DNA of 64,000 bases from Gammaproteobacteria bacterium 28-57-27 (GCA_002281735.1 NCGK01000019.1:10777-74776), one strand, 5' to 3'; shown: positions 20,201-29,412, counted from the first letter of the stretch. The notes: generated by a model from the sequence alone, not told the origin. A program made the numbers and translations.

Positions 20201-21043
20201 TCACTCCTGATAACTGACTAATTTGGCCAGGGCGCCGAACACCATGTCGAGCGCCATACCGACCGCGCCGATCATGAAGATGGCGAAGATCACATTGGAC
20301 AGATTGAGGTTGTTCCACTCGTTCCACACGAAGTAGCCGATACCGGTGCCGCCGACCAGCATTTCGGCGGCGACGATCACCAGCCAGGCAATGCCCATTG
20401 AAATGCGCATCCCGGTCAGAATGGTCGGCGCGGCAGCAGGCAGTACCACTTGCATGGCGGTGCGGAAGGCGTTGACCTCCAGCGTGCGGGCGACATTCAA
20501 CCAATCCTTCTTGACCGAGGCCACGCCGTGCGCGGTGTTAATCATCATCGGCCAGATCGAGCAGATGAAAATCACGAAGATCGAAGACAGCGAGGCATCC
20601 TTGATGGTGTAGAGCGCAAGCGGCATCCAGGCCAAGGGCGAGATCGGCTTCATGATCTGGATGTACGGATTCAGCGCCTTGAACATCAGGGGCGACATGC
20701 CGATCACAAAACCCAGCGGAATCGCCACCAGCGCCGCCAGCAAGAAGCCGGACAGCACGCGCGCCAGCGACCAGGCCAGCTGGATGCCAATGCCCTTGTC
20801 GTTCGGCCCGTTGTCATAAAACGGGTGAGCAAGCTGACTGAGGATGGTCTGACCGACCACACCCGGGGTAGGCATACCGGAGGCCTGCACCGCAGCGCCG
20901 CCCATCATCGCGGCGTATTCCGGGTCGGCATACACTGTGCCACCGCCGCTCGGCGGCAGGGTAGCGAGCTGCCACGCGCCGAGGAAAACGATCAGGATCA
21001 GCGCGGAGACTATGCTCGCGCGCAGGGACAAAGAGGCTTTCAT
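20201..21043 (-). CDS. Cyanate/nitrate-type ABC permease (CynB/NrtB-like)
   Basis: PFYDNGPNDKGIG; PISPLAWMPL; WLVIVAAEML. Confidence 0.93.
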   Translation of the reverse strand: MKASLSLRASIVSALILIVFLGAWQLATLPPSGGGTVYADPEYAAMMGGAAVQASGMPTPGVVGQTILSQLAHPFYDNGPNDKGIGIQLAWSLARVLSGFLLAALVAIPLGFVIGMSPLMFKALNPYIQIMKPISPLAWMPLALYTIKDASLSSIFVIFICSIWPMMINTAHGVASVKKDWLNVARTLEVNAFRTAMQVVLPAAAPTILTGMRISMGIAWLVIVAAEMLVGGTGIGYFVWNEWNNLNLSNVIFAIFMIGAVGMALDMVFGALAKLVSYQE

Positions 21044-21044
21044 C

Positions 21045-22421
21045 TCACACCGCCTTGCGGATGGCGAAGGAGTCGACATATTCCTGCGGCTTGGCCGGGT
21101 CGAACACCTTGCCCATGATGATGTGCTTCTTGAAGTTCTCCGCCGGAGCCTCGATACCCATGTCCTTCAGACGTGCACGCGCTTCGGTGGCAAGGAAAAT
21201 CTGCTCGGCAATCTGCTTGTAGTCGATGTCCTGCTTGATGTAGCCCCAACGCTTGAGCTGGGTAAGAATCCACACACCCATCGACTGCCAGGGGAAGGGA
21301 TCGAAGTCCACGCGCCCCGGCACAGTCAGCACATTGCCCAGACCGTCGGCGAATTTACCGGTCATCACCTGCTGCAATACCGGAATCGGCTGGTTCAGAT
21401 AATTGGCTGGCGCAATGGCCTCGATAATTGCCGCGCGGTTTTCCGCCTTATGCGCATACACCGTGGCGTTGGCGATGGCGCGGAATAGCGCGGAGTAGGT
21501 ATTCGGCGCTTCCTTGATGAACTTGTCGGTGGCGGCAAAGGTGCAACAGGGGTGGCCGTCCCACATATCCTTGGACAGAATCTGGATAAAGCCCACGCCC
21601 TCGAACACCGCACGCTGGTTGAACGGCTCTGGCCCAAGGAAGCCGTCGATATTACCCGCGCGCAGGTTGGCGACCATTTCCGGCGGCGCAATCACGCTGA
21701 TCTGCACATCCGTGTCCGGATTGATGCCATGCTCGGCCAAGTAGTAGCGCAGCAGCAGGTTGTGCATCGAGTAGTCGAACGGAATGCCGAACTTCATGCC
21801 CTTCCAGTTTTTTGGGTCGCGATTGTCCTTGTGCTTGAGCGCCATGGTGATCGCTTGGCCATTGATGTTCTGGATGGTCGCGACCGAAGTCGGGTTGGGT
21901 TGAGCACCCAGCCCCATGCTGGCGGCAATCGGCATGGGAGAGAGCATATGCGAAGCATCGTATTCAGCGCTCAGCACCTTGTCGCGGATCAACGCCCAAC
22001 CGGCGGTCTTGATGACCTCGACATTCAGCCCTTCACGCTCGTAAAAGCCCATCGGCTTGGCCATGATGATCGGCGTGGCGCAGGTGATGGGAATAAAGCC
22101 GACCTTGAGATTGGTCTTCTCCAACGGCCCACCTTCAGCGGCCAGTGCCTGAACTGCGCCCATGGGGAACAGCGCGGATAGCGCAGCCATCGCCGTGCCC
22201 GCGCCGACCGCCTTGAGGAAGGCGCGACGGGTTTCATCATGCGGGAACAGCGCGCGCACCACGGCGGATTCGATCACCCGGTTCAGCGCCGCTTCTTCTT
22301 CCTGCGGCTCGTTCAGGCGCGCCTGCTCGGCATCGTGTTCAGACTGGCTGTTGTGCTTGCCGCAAGAGCAGCCGCCCTTGAGGCGGATGCTGAAATCGAA
22401 CGGGTTTTTGAAGGCGGACAT
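21045..22421 (-). CDS. CmpA/NrtA/CynA-family ABC substrate-binding protein
   Basis: VGFIPITCATP; NINGQAI; YSMHN; WDGHPCC; FDPFPW. Confidence 0.93.
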   Translation of the reverse strand: MSAFKNPFDFSIRLKGGCSCGKHNSQSEHDAEQARLNEPQEEEAALNRVIESAVVRALFPHDETRRAFLKAVGAGTAMAALSALFPMGAVQALAAEGGPLEKTNLKVGFIPITCATPIIMAKPMGFYEREGLNVEVIKTAGWALIRDKVLSAEYDASHMLSPMPIAASMGLGAQPNPTSVATIQNINGQAITMALKHKDNRDPKNWKGMKFGIPFDYSMHNLLLRYYLAEHGINPDTDVQISVIAPPEMVANLRAGNIDGFLGPEPFNQRAVFEGVGFIQILSKDMWDGHPCCTFAATDKFIKEAPNTYSALFRAIANATVYAHKAENRAAIIEAIAPANYLNQPIPVLQQVMTGKFADGLGNVLTVPGRVDFDPFPWQSMGVWILTQLKRWGYIKQDIDYKQIAEQIFLATEARARLKDMGIEAPAENFKKHIIMGKVFDPAKPQEYVDSFAIRKAV

Positions 22422-22463
22422 GGCGTTTCTCCCTGCGTGAAAATTGACTTACAAACTGGACAA

Positions 22464-22479
22464 AGCAGTCTTCGTGCCA
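22464..22479 (-). promoter_or_regulatory. sigma54 -24/-12 promoter of the ABC operon
   Basis: Minus strand TGGCACGAAGACTGCT matches TGGCACG-N4-TTGCW. Confidence 0.85.
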
Positions 22480-22562
22480 AAAAACCATGGGAGAGCCGCG
22501 AAGTGCCACCATGCACGCTATCGGCGCGGAGACCAGGGGCAAAAAGGAGTGAATACGACCGA

Positions 22563-22579
22563 AGCACCAAAACAGTGCA
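22563..22579. promoter_or_regulatory. Candidate NtrC-binding site
   Basis: AGCACCA-AAA-CAGTGCA versus consensus TGCACCA-N3-TGGTGCA, about 85 bp upstream of the -24 element. Confidence 0.5.
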
Positions 22580-22622
22580 GCAAGCCGCACTGAACAAAGT
22601 CAGCCGTTTTGGCTTGATGCAT

Positions 22623-22664
22623 GGACATTGCATTACCAACACCCGCTAATGTCGAACAATGTCC
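22623..22664. promoter_or_regulatory. Candidate activator UAS
   Basis: GGACATTG-N26-CAATGTCC inverted repeat; GTCGAACAATGTCC (22651-22664) recurs exactly at 34397-34410. Confidence 0.65.
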
Positions 22665-22723
22665 AGCGAAAATCGGCTCGACTCTTGCTTAAACCCTATT
22701 GATTCGGCACGGACAAGTCGAGC

Positions 22724-22769
22724 GTAGGTCAGGCTTTAGCCTGACATGTCGGCCTAAAGGCCGACCTAC
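22724..22769. repeat. GTAG-type REP doublet
   Basis: GTAGGTCAGGCTTTAGCCTGACA-TGTCGGCCTAAAGGCCGACCTAC. Confidence 0.8.
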
Positions 22770-22770
22770 A

Positions 22771-22869
22771 TAGGACTTACGCAAAAGTGTTCCAGCAAGG
22801 CAAAGCGCCGAAGACAGTACACTGAGTACGGCGAGGCGCTTGAACGCCGCTGGGGCGGTTTTGCGTAAG
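22771..22869. mobile_element. MITE-like element, copy 2, right end truncated
   Basis: Aligns with 3549-3652; ends TTTTGCGTAAG without TCCTA and runs into activator coding sequence. Confidence 0.8.
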
Positions 22870-22984
22870 CACGCTCTCACTCACGCCCAGCGAGCCCAAC
22901 GAACCGCATGGTGAAGCCGAAGACATCGAGCTGCTGGTTATCCACGAGGCCGCACGCCTGCTCGGCCACGCCACCACGCCTGAA

Positions 22985-24568
22985 GTGGCGATCAACGGCA
23001 TCCTGCGCCTGATGTCGCAGATGGTCGGCCTCAATCGCGGGCGGGTGGTACTACCGGATGACAGCGGCCACATGAGCATCCAGTATGCCTACGGCCTGAC
23101 CGCGCTCGAACGCCAGCGCGGCCAGTACGCGCCGGGCGAAGGCGTGACCGGACGGGTTATGCGCACGGGACAAACAGCCGTCATCCAGAACATCGACGAC
23201 GAGCCGCTCTACCTGACCCGCGCCGTCGAGCGCACCACCCTGCCGCAAGAGACCGTGTCGTTCCTGGCCGTGCCGATTCTGCATGACAACGTGCCAATGG
23301 GCGTGCTCGGCGCGCACCGCCTGCGCAAACGCAAGCGCGCCTTCAGCCGCGACGTGACTTTGCTGCGCGTACTGGCCACCTTTATTGCGCAAATCCTGCG
23401 TATGAATGCGTTAATCGAAGAAAAGACCGCACGGCTGGCGGACGAAAACCGCGCACTCAAGCAAGCCCTGGACGATCACACCGAGGGCGCGCATGGCATT
23501 CTGGGCGACAGCCCGGCGCTGAAGCAGGCGCTACGTCAGGCACTGCACGTCGCCCCCACCCAAGCCACCGTACTGCTGAGCGGCGAATCCGGCACCGGCA
23601 AGGAACGCTTCGCACGCATGGTGCATATCAGCAGTGCGCGCTGCGACGGCCCATTTATCGCCATCAACTGCGCCGCCATCCCGGAAAACCTGCTCGAATC
23701 CGAGCTGTTCGGCCATGAAAAAGGCTCGTTCACCGGCGCGGTGGCGTTGAAAAAAGGCGTGGTCGAGCTGGCCAGCGGCGGCACCCTGTTTCTGGATGAA
23801 ATCGGCGATCTGGCCTTCGACCTGCAATCCAAGCTGCTGCATGTTCTGGAGAAGCAACTCATCAAGCGCGTCGGCGGCGTCAAAGATGTCCCGGTGGACG
23901 TGCGCATCATCGCCGCCACCCACAAAAACCTGCAAAAGGCGGTCAACGAGGGGCGCTTCCGCATCGACCTGTTCTACCGCCTCAATGTCTTTCCTATCCA
24001 CCTGCCGCCGCTGCGTGAACGTTCCGGCGATGTGCGCAGCCTGGCGCGGCATTTCCTGCAAGCCGCCAATCAGGAGTTCGACCGCAACACCATGTTCGGC
24101 GCAGGCGTGCTGGAAAGGCTGGAGCACTACAACTGGCCGGGCAACATCCGCCAACTGGAAAACGTGGTTAAACGCGCCGTATTGGTCACCCAGGACGGCC
24201 AAATCAAGCTGGAAGACATCATCCTGATCCTGCGTCACGAGGCGAATATCGGCGAACATCTGGAAGCCGGCATGGCGCTTTCACCCAGCGGGGGAGGCGT
24301 TGCCCTAGCCGCCCCGCCCATGCCCGTCCCGCCCGAAATGCGCGAAACCACCCGCCCCGCCCCGCTCCAACCGGTCAACCTGCGCGGCTACAACTGGGTG
24401 CGCGAAGACGAAGCGCAAGAACTGCTCGACGCGCTCAAACAAGCGCGCGGCAACAAAACCCGCGCGGCGATGGCGCTAGGCATGACCGCACGCCAGTTGA
24501 GGTACCGGATGGTTAAATTGGGGTTGATGGATGGAGGGGAGTCAGAAGCGTCTAACGGGAAAGTCTAA
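22985..24568 (+). CDS. NifA-like sigma54-dependent activator (GAF-AAA-Fis HTH); coding frame extends back to about 22868 with no canonical start
   Basis: GAF region, GESGTGKE, ESELFGHEKGSFTGA, LFLDEIG, WPGNIRQLEN, C-terminal HTH. Confidence 0.92.
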   Translation: MAINGILRLMSQMVGLNRGRVVLPDDSGHMSIQYAYGLTALERQRGQYAPGEGVTGRVMRTGQTAVIQNIDDEPLYLTRAVERTTLPQETVSFLAVPILHDNVPMGVLGAHRLRKRKRAFSRDVTLLRVLATFIAQILRMNALIEEKTARLADENRALKQALDDHTEGAHGILGDSPALKQALRQALHVAPTQATVLLSGESGTGKERFARMVHISSARCDGPFIAINCAAIPENLLESELFGHEKGSFTGAVALKKGVVELASGGTLFLDEIGDLAFDLQSKLLHVLEKQLIKRVGGVKDVPVDVRIIAATHKNLQKAVNEGRFRIDLFYRLNVFPIHLPPLRERSGDVRSLARHFLQAANQEFDRNTMFGAGVLERLEHYNWPGNIRQLENVVKRAVLVTQDGQIKLEDIILILRHEANIGEHLEAGMALSPSGGGVALAAPPMPVPPEMRETTRPAPLQPVNLRGYNWVREDEAQELLDALKQARGNKTRAAMALGMTARQLRYRMVKLGLMDGGESEASNGKV

Positions 24569-24588
24569 CGAGATTTATCCATGAAATC

Positions 24589-24642
24589 GTAGGGTGCGCC
24601 ATGCGCACCTTTTAGCCAATCGGTGCGCATGGCGCACCCTAC
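24589..24642. repeat. GTAG-type REP doublet
   Basis: GTAGGGTGCGCCATGCGCACC...GGTGCGCATGGCGCACCCTAC perfect 21-bp inverted repeat. Confidence 0.85.
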
Positions 24643-24677
24643 GACCTGGCGGACAATCACGCATGAAGCTAGCCGGT

Positions 24678-24986
24678 TCAATAGGGTAACGACTCCGACA
24701 CAAAGCCAGCCTCGCGTTGATGCCGAACTGAGAGCATCAGGACAGTGTCGCGCTCCGGCTCATAGCTGTACAACGCGAGGTAGCCGGACTTGCCACGTGA
24801 AATAACGAGCTCTCTCAGTCCTTGCTCGCTGGGGCGGCCAATCAGGGGATGGTTTTCGAGAACATGCACCGCCTCGGTGATGAGTTCCACCGTCTCCACG
24901 GCGGCGACCGGCTCAGTCTGAAGGAGAAAGTCGGTAAGCCGAACGAGATCAGAAAGCGCTCGCTCGGTATAGATCACGCACGCCAA
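24678..24986 (-). CDS. RelE/ParE family toxin
   Basis: ERALSDL; LENHPLIGRP; GLRELVISRGKSGY; VRHQRE. Confidence 0.88.
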   Translation of the reverse strand: MACVIYTERALSDLVRLTDFLLQTEPVAAVETVELITEAVHVLENHPLIGRPSEQGLRELVISRGKSGYLALYSYEPERDTVLMLSVRHQREAGFVSESLPY

Positions 24987-25258
24987 GATTTGGCCTTGGG
25001 TTTGGGTACGGATTCACCCTGGGCTTGAGCGCGCAGGTAGGCATGCACCTCTTCAGCCGCGTAGCCCTCACCAGACTGAAGCGCCGCGTTTCTTGCAGCG
25101 ACGGCATCCGCAACGAACTGCGCTCGCCTTTCCGCATGTGACGCTGCGGTGCGGATAGCATCCACCATAAACGCATGTGGCGAGATGCCCTGCTGCCTAG
25201 CAGCGGCCACAGCAAGCTGCTTGACATCTTCAGGGAGTTTCAGTGATGTCGTAGACAT
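24974..25258 (-). CDS. Ribbon-helix-helix antitoxin
   Basis: MSTTSLKLPEDVKQ; overlaps the toxin start by 13 bp. Confidence 0.82.
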   Translation of the reverse strand: MSTTSLKLPEDVKQLAVAAARQQGISPHAFMVDAIRTAASHAERRAQFVADAVAARNAALQSGEGYAAEEVHAYLRAQAQGESVPKPKAKSWRA

Positions 25259-25329
25259 GGCAGTTATCTTTTTATCGACGGTGTCACCACGATAACACCG
25301 CCTGATTGGTCGTGACAATTGGGCTTCTG

Positions 25330-25364
25330 TTGACACGCGCATTTACAAGCAATAAGCTTGTAAA
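25330..25364 (+). promoter_or_regulatory. sigma70 promoter with overlapping palindromic operator
   Basis: TTGACA-17bp-TAAGCT; TTTACAAGC-N5-GCTTGTAAA at 25342-25364. Confidence 0.65.
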
Positions 25365-25387
25365 CATAACTTTTCAAGGAAAAAAAC

Positions 25388-26356
25388 ATGACTGACGGCA
25401 GAGTTAGAAGCGGAAAGGCAACTTCTGAGGCAATGACGGCAGAGCAAAAAACAGCTAGAGCAAAGGCTGGAGCGGCAAAGAGGGCTGAGCTAGCTGCTAT
25501 TCCTAAGGCCACGCATAAGGGGGAGCTGAAAATTGGAGACTCAATACTTCCTTGCTTTGTTCTTGAGGATGGCCGCCGCGTTCTTTCTGGCCGAGGGTTG
25601 CAAGAATCGCTTAGGCTTGTGGATGACTCAAAATCAGGGGCGAAACTAGATAGATTATTTGAAAATAAGAGCCTAAATCCATTTTTAAAAAATGAGTTAG
25701 GCGCGGCTCATTTTTCGCCAATTATTTGCCTTGCAGACGGGAAAAAAATCAGCGGATATGAAGCTACGATTTTGTCAGATTTGTGTGATGCTGTTCTTGA
25801 GGCAAGAAAAAGTGGTGCAGTAACTACTTCACGGCTAAAGATAGTTGCAGATCAGAGTGAAATGCTAATGCGTGGCTTTGCTCGGGTAGGGTTGATAGCT
25901 TTAGTTGACGAGGCTACTGGTTATCAGGCCGCGCGGGAGAAGGATGCTCTAGCGAAGATTTTAGAAGCTTTTGTAGCGAAAGAACTGCGTCCGTGGATGA
26001 AAACGTTCCCAAACGCATATTACGAAGAAATATTCAGGCTATACAAACTTCCATATCCGCCAGTTAATAATAAAAATTGGAAGCCTTCGTTTATTGGAAC
26101 ACTAACTAATAATGTTGTGTATGAAAGACTGGCTCCAGATATTTTGCCAGAACTAAAAAAAGCGGCTTCAAAAGCCGAGAAGAAGGCAAGGTTACACCAA
26201 TGGCTTACAGATGATATTGGGCATCCAAAACTAAGAGAGCATTTAGCATCAATAGTTACACTATTAAAGCTTTCATCTACACCACAAGATTTTAAAGATA
26301 AAGTTGATAGAATACACCCCGCTTTTGGTCAAACGTATACTATGGATTTTGAATAA
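25388..26356 (+). CDS. P63C domain protein, AT-rich gene
   Basis: CFVLEDGRRVLSGRG; VGLIALVDEATGYQ; FPNAYYEEIFRL; RLHQWLT. Confidence 0.88.
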   Translation: MTDGRVRSGKATSEAMTAEQKTARAKAGAAKRAELAAIPKATHKGELKIGDSILPCFVLEDGRRVLSGRGLQESLRLVDDSKSGAKLDRLFENKSLNPFLKNELGAAHFSPIICLADGKKISGYEATILSDLCDAVLEARKSGAVTTSRLKIVADQSEMLMRGFARVGLIALVDEATGYQAAREKDALAKILEAFVAKELRPWMKTFPNAYYEEIFRLYKLPYPPVNNKNWKPSFIGTLTNNVVYERLAPDILPELKKAASKAEKKARLHQWLTDDIGHPKLREHLASIVTLLKLSSTPQDFKDKVDRIHPAFGQTYTMDFE

Positions 26357-26363
26357 GAGTGAT

Positions 26364-26459
26364 GCCTAACGTCGGAGGGAACTGGCGACTGGAGCCGCTC
26401 AGCGTCGGAAGAAACCCAAAGCGATGCTTTGAGCAGTCCTGTTGACTGAGGAGTTGAAT
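26364..26459 (+). other. attC-like site (96 bp) after the P63C gene
   Basis: GCCTAAC 7 nt after the stop; GTTGAAT fits GTTRRRY; arms AACTGGCGACTG / CAGTCCTGTT; inner GCTCA..GCGTCG / CGATGC..TGAGC stem. Confidence 0.6.
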
Positions 26460-26644
26460 CGTTCCCACGCTCCAACGTCCCGACACACCGTAGCAAGGCT
26501 TCAATCAGAAGTCGATCCGTCATTCTGGAGATGGATAAGCATCCATTGTTCTGGTCTGCACCGTCGTCGACGGGTTGCTCGCGGCTCGGTTAGGCACCGC
26601 TGGAGCGGCTCTGGATGCATTACCACGCTGGAGCGTGGGAACGA
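26459..26644. repeat. Inverted REP pair (TCGTTCCCACGCTCC family)
   Basis: TCGTTCCCACGCTCCAACGT at 26459 and CCACGCTGGAGCGTGGGAACGA at 26623-26644. Confidence 0.7.
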
Positions 26645-26698
26645 TGAAAGCCAGGAGGACTGGAAGAGCGGACAGCCGCGTGCAGGTTGGTCGCGCCA

Positions 26699-26796
26699 TG
26701 TCACAATCCAGACAAAAAAAACCCGCGCACGAAAAACACAAAACCATTCAAAATCAAAAAGTTACTCGATAACACAGGATTGGCACGCATATCGCT
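26699..26796 (+). promoter_or_regulatory. sigma54 promoter with IHF site and TGT-N10-ACA UAS
   Basis: TGT-N10-ACA 26699-26714; AATCAA-AAAG-TTA 26752-26764; TGGCACGCATATCGCT 26781-26796. Confidence 0.8.
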
Positions 26797-26834
26797 TTGT
26801 CCCGGCTTACCTTGCCTAAACCAAAGGACATGCC

Positions 26835-28538
26835 ATGAAACTCCGCATTGAGCGCACGCACATTGAAGCGCTGATGGCGGCCTTTCCCCGCTTGGAAAGT
26901 CTGCGCGAACAACTGCGCTTCGGCCATGCGGTCGAGGTGGCTTTCAACGCGCTGGGCGACGATGAGCTCGACTTCCTGCATGATCTGTACGCTGCGGGCG
27001 AGCCGTCGCTCCAGGCGCGCGCCGCGCAGATCGCCACGCTCAGGAACGCATTGCGGCATGAGGGTGTGCGCTTTGAGGCGGAAGACTTGGAGATGCTGGT
27101 GCCGGTCATCGCGCGCTACCTGGTCAGCGAATGCAGCCGTGGCTGGTTGTTCGCCGCCAATGTCACCGGCAAGCTGCTCGCCTATGTGGTGACGCGCATC
27201 GACTACACCCCGCCGGCGGATGAAGAGACCGGCAAGGTCTATCTCGAACTCAAGGCCAATGCCAAGGCCAAGCTGGCTCTTGTCAATCTGCGCATCTCCG
27301 CGCCGGACATTGCGGGTCGCACCGTGGCGGAAATCTTCGCCGCCAAAGGCTTCGTCAAGGAAACGCCGGAACTGCTGCGCCGTTATGACGAGGCGGCGGC
27401 GTGTTATTTCGACTGGCGAGCGCGCTACGGCAAGCAGTTCACGGGTCAGGGGGTGGGCTATTACGCCGAAAACCCCACCGCCACGCACCGCGATACCGAC
27501 TGGTCACGCAAGGACGTGGTGGTGCTCTCTTCCAGCGGTGCACCCGCGCGGCTGGTGAATGATGAAGGCATCCTCGGCGAGCGGGTGCTGGCGCTGGACG
27601 CCACCGGCGAGATTCTGTCCAAATACCTGCGCCGCGTCACCCGTGGCGCGCGTCTGTCCGGCAAAGAGGAGGCCGCGCTGGAAGAAGTGGCCGAAACGAT
27701 TCCAGAGGGCTTGTTCACCGAACTGCCGGTGCATTTTTATATCCTGGTGTTCCACCTCGACCTGCATCATTACCTATGGGTGCATGTGGACGATATGCAG
27801 CCGTATGTCTACCAGCCGGAGCTGAAGCACAAGCTGGTGCTGCCGCCGGAGCAGACCGATCTGATCGACATTCTCACCGCCGAGATGGATGTGCTGATGG
27901 ACGATATCGTCGCGGGTAAGTCCGGCGGCACCACGGTGCTTTGCGCGGGTCCTGCGGGGGTGGGCAAGACGCTGACCGCCGAGGTGTATTCCGAGATTAT
28001 CCAACGACCGCTTTACCGCGTGCATTCCGGCCAGCTCGGGCTGAGCGTCGCCAGCATGGAAACCACGCTCAAGGAGATACTGACCCGCGCCCAGCGCTGG
28101 GGCGCGGTGATGCTGATCGACGAGGCCGATGTCTATATCAAGCGCCGCGAGGACGATCTGACCATGAACGCCGTGGTCGGGGTGTTCCTGCGCGTGCTGG
28201 AATACTTCAACGGCCTGCTGTTCCTCACCACCAACCGCGTGGACGACATTGACGAGGCCATTATTTCGCGCTGCATTGCCATGATCCGCTTCCACCCGCC
28301 GGGACGCGAAGACCGCAAGCGGATCTGGATGGTAATGAGCGAACAATTCGGCCTGACCCTTGCGCCGGAACTCATGGATGCCCTGCCCGACCTATTTCCC
28401 GCCGCCAGTGGACGCGACATCAAGGGGCTGGCAAAACTGGTCGCCAAATACTGCAACCAGAAAGGCGTTCCACCCAGCGAGGAAGTCTTCCGCCGTTGTT
28501 CGGTGTTTCGGGGGATGGATAGTGCGCAGATGGCTTAG
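26835..28538 (+). CDS. AAA+ ATPase with a large uncharacterised N-terminal region
   Basis: GPAGVGKT; MLIDEAD; LRVLEYFNGLLFLTTNR; AIISR. Confidence 0.88.
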   Translation: MKLRIERTHIEALMAAFPRLESLREQLRFGHAVEVAFNALGDDELDFLHDLYAAGEPSLQARAAQIATLRNALRHEGVRFEAEDLEMLVPVIARYLVSECSRGWLFAANVTGKLLAYVVTRIDYTPPADEETGKVYLELKANAKAKLALVNLRISAPDIAGRTVAEIFAAKGFVKETPELLRRYDEAAACYFDWRARYGKQFTGQGVGYYAENPTATHRDTDWSRKDVVVLSSSGAPARLVNDEGILGERVLALDATGEILSKYLRRVTRGARLSGKEEAALEEVAETIPEGLFTELPVHFYILVFHLDLHHYLWVHVDDMQPYVYQPELKHKLVLPPEQTDLIDILTAEMDVLMDDIVAGKSGGTTVLCAGPAGVGKTLTAEVYSEIIQRPLYRVHSGQLGLSVASMETTLKEILTRAQRWGAVMLIDEADVYIKRREDDLTMNAVVGVFLRVLEYFNGLLFLTTNRVDDIDEAIISRCIAMIRFHPPGREDRKRIWMVMSEQFGLTLAPELMDALPDLFPAASGRDIKGLAKLVAKYCNQKGVPPSEEVFRRCSVFRGMDSAQMA

Positions 28539-28574
28539 GGGCGTGTTTACGATTGGCGGTCAACAGGCTTTTGG

Positions 28575-28690
28575 CTCCCTCTCCCCTCGCGGGAGAGGGC
28601 TGGGGAGAGGGGGCGCAGGCTTGACGTGGGGCACAAGACTGAAAAACCGCCCACCCTCTCCCCAACCCTCCCCCATCAAGGGGGAGGGAG
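28575..28690. repeat. CCCTCTCCC-type REP doublet
   Basis: CTCCCTCTCCCCTCGCGGGAGAGGGCTGGGGAGAGGGG and inverted CCCTCTCCCCAACCCTCCCCCATCAAGGGGGAGGGAG. Confidence 0.7.
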
Positions 28691-28755
28691 TAAAGCGCCC
28701 TTATTGACATCATGTGTGGGTTGTCGATCTTGAGCCGCTTGAGCCCGACCCGCCG

Positions 28756-29226
28756 CTAAACCTCTTCAGCTTCAAGCTCTTCCAACAACGCCACCACCAC
28801 CGAGGAACCGACCGCATCGTCAATATCCAGCCGCTGCAAGTGCCGGATGATGGAACCCGCCTCCGTGGTCTCGCCCCGGCGCAGATGAATAAAGGACAAG
28901 GCTTTCAATGCAGCCAAGGCATAACCCGGCGCGGCCTGCCATTGCTGCCAGTCTCCAGGAAGCTGCGCATGGCGGACAGCCTCGCTCAACCAGGCCTGTG
29001 TCGCCGCATGAGCGGACTCGAACTGGCGCGTGCGGTTGTAATGCTTGACCAGGCAACGATGTGCCGGCAGCGCCTCCGGCATCATCGCAATGGCCGCGAT
29101 GAAATTCGCCTCAGCTCGCGCCGGGTCGCTGAAATGCGCGACCACGCCGTGTTGCAGCAAGCGATCCACCTCCGGAGGCAAGGCACCGAAGTCCAATGTG
29201 TCGTCGATATTGTCTAGCGTGTTCAT
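28756..29226 (-). CDS. Hypothetical helical (TPR-like) protein; start ATG 29226 or 29262
   Basis: Ala-rich amphipathic helices; no catalytic motif seen. Confidence 0.7.
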   Translation of the reverse strand: MNTLDNIDDTLDFGALPPEVDRLLQHGVVAHFSDPARAEANFIAAIAMMPEALPAHRCLVKHYNRTRQFESAHAATQAWLSEAVRHAQLPGDWQQWQAAPGYALAALKALSFIHLRRGETTEAGSIIRHLQRLDIDDAVGSSVVVALLEELEAEEV

Positions 29227-29412
29227 GCCTTGCACTAAAGCAAAAATCGTTCCTTGATCCATAGGTTTGGGGTCGATCTGGCGTAAACACCTGTTCTACC
29301 GGGCTTGCTGCGCCCAAGTCACGTTCTGTGCAGCAGCGCGGGGACGCTTAAAATAGCCGACAGATAGGCATTTTCGGCTCATGTCTGTCGTGTTCAGGAC
29401 AAAACACCAGAC

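Noticed and set aside
20196-20504. 103-aa extension of the ABC ATPase in the ORF track
   Set aside because: It overlaps the permease gene in another frame; ATG 20195 fits the family
19320-22421. Calling the ABC system a nitrate transporter
   Set aside because: No nitrate or nitrite reductase nearby, and the shared motif ties it to the cyanase locus; substrate left open
22985-24568. Calling the activator nifA and the region a nitrogen-fixation locus
   Set aside because: The domain layout is shared by many sigma54 activators, and no nif structural or assembly genes are in the window
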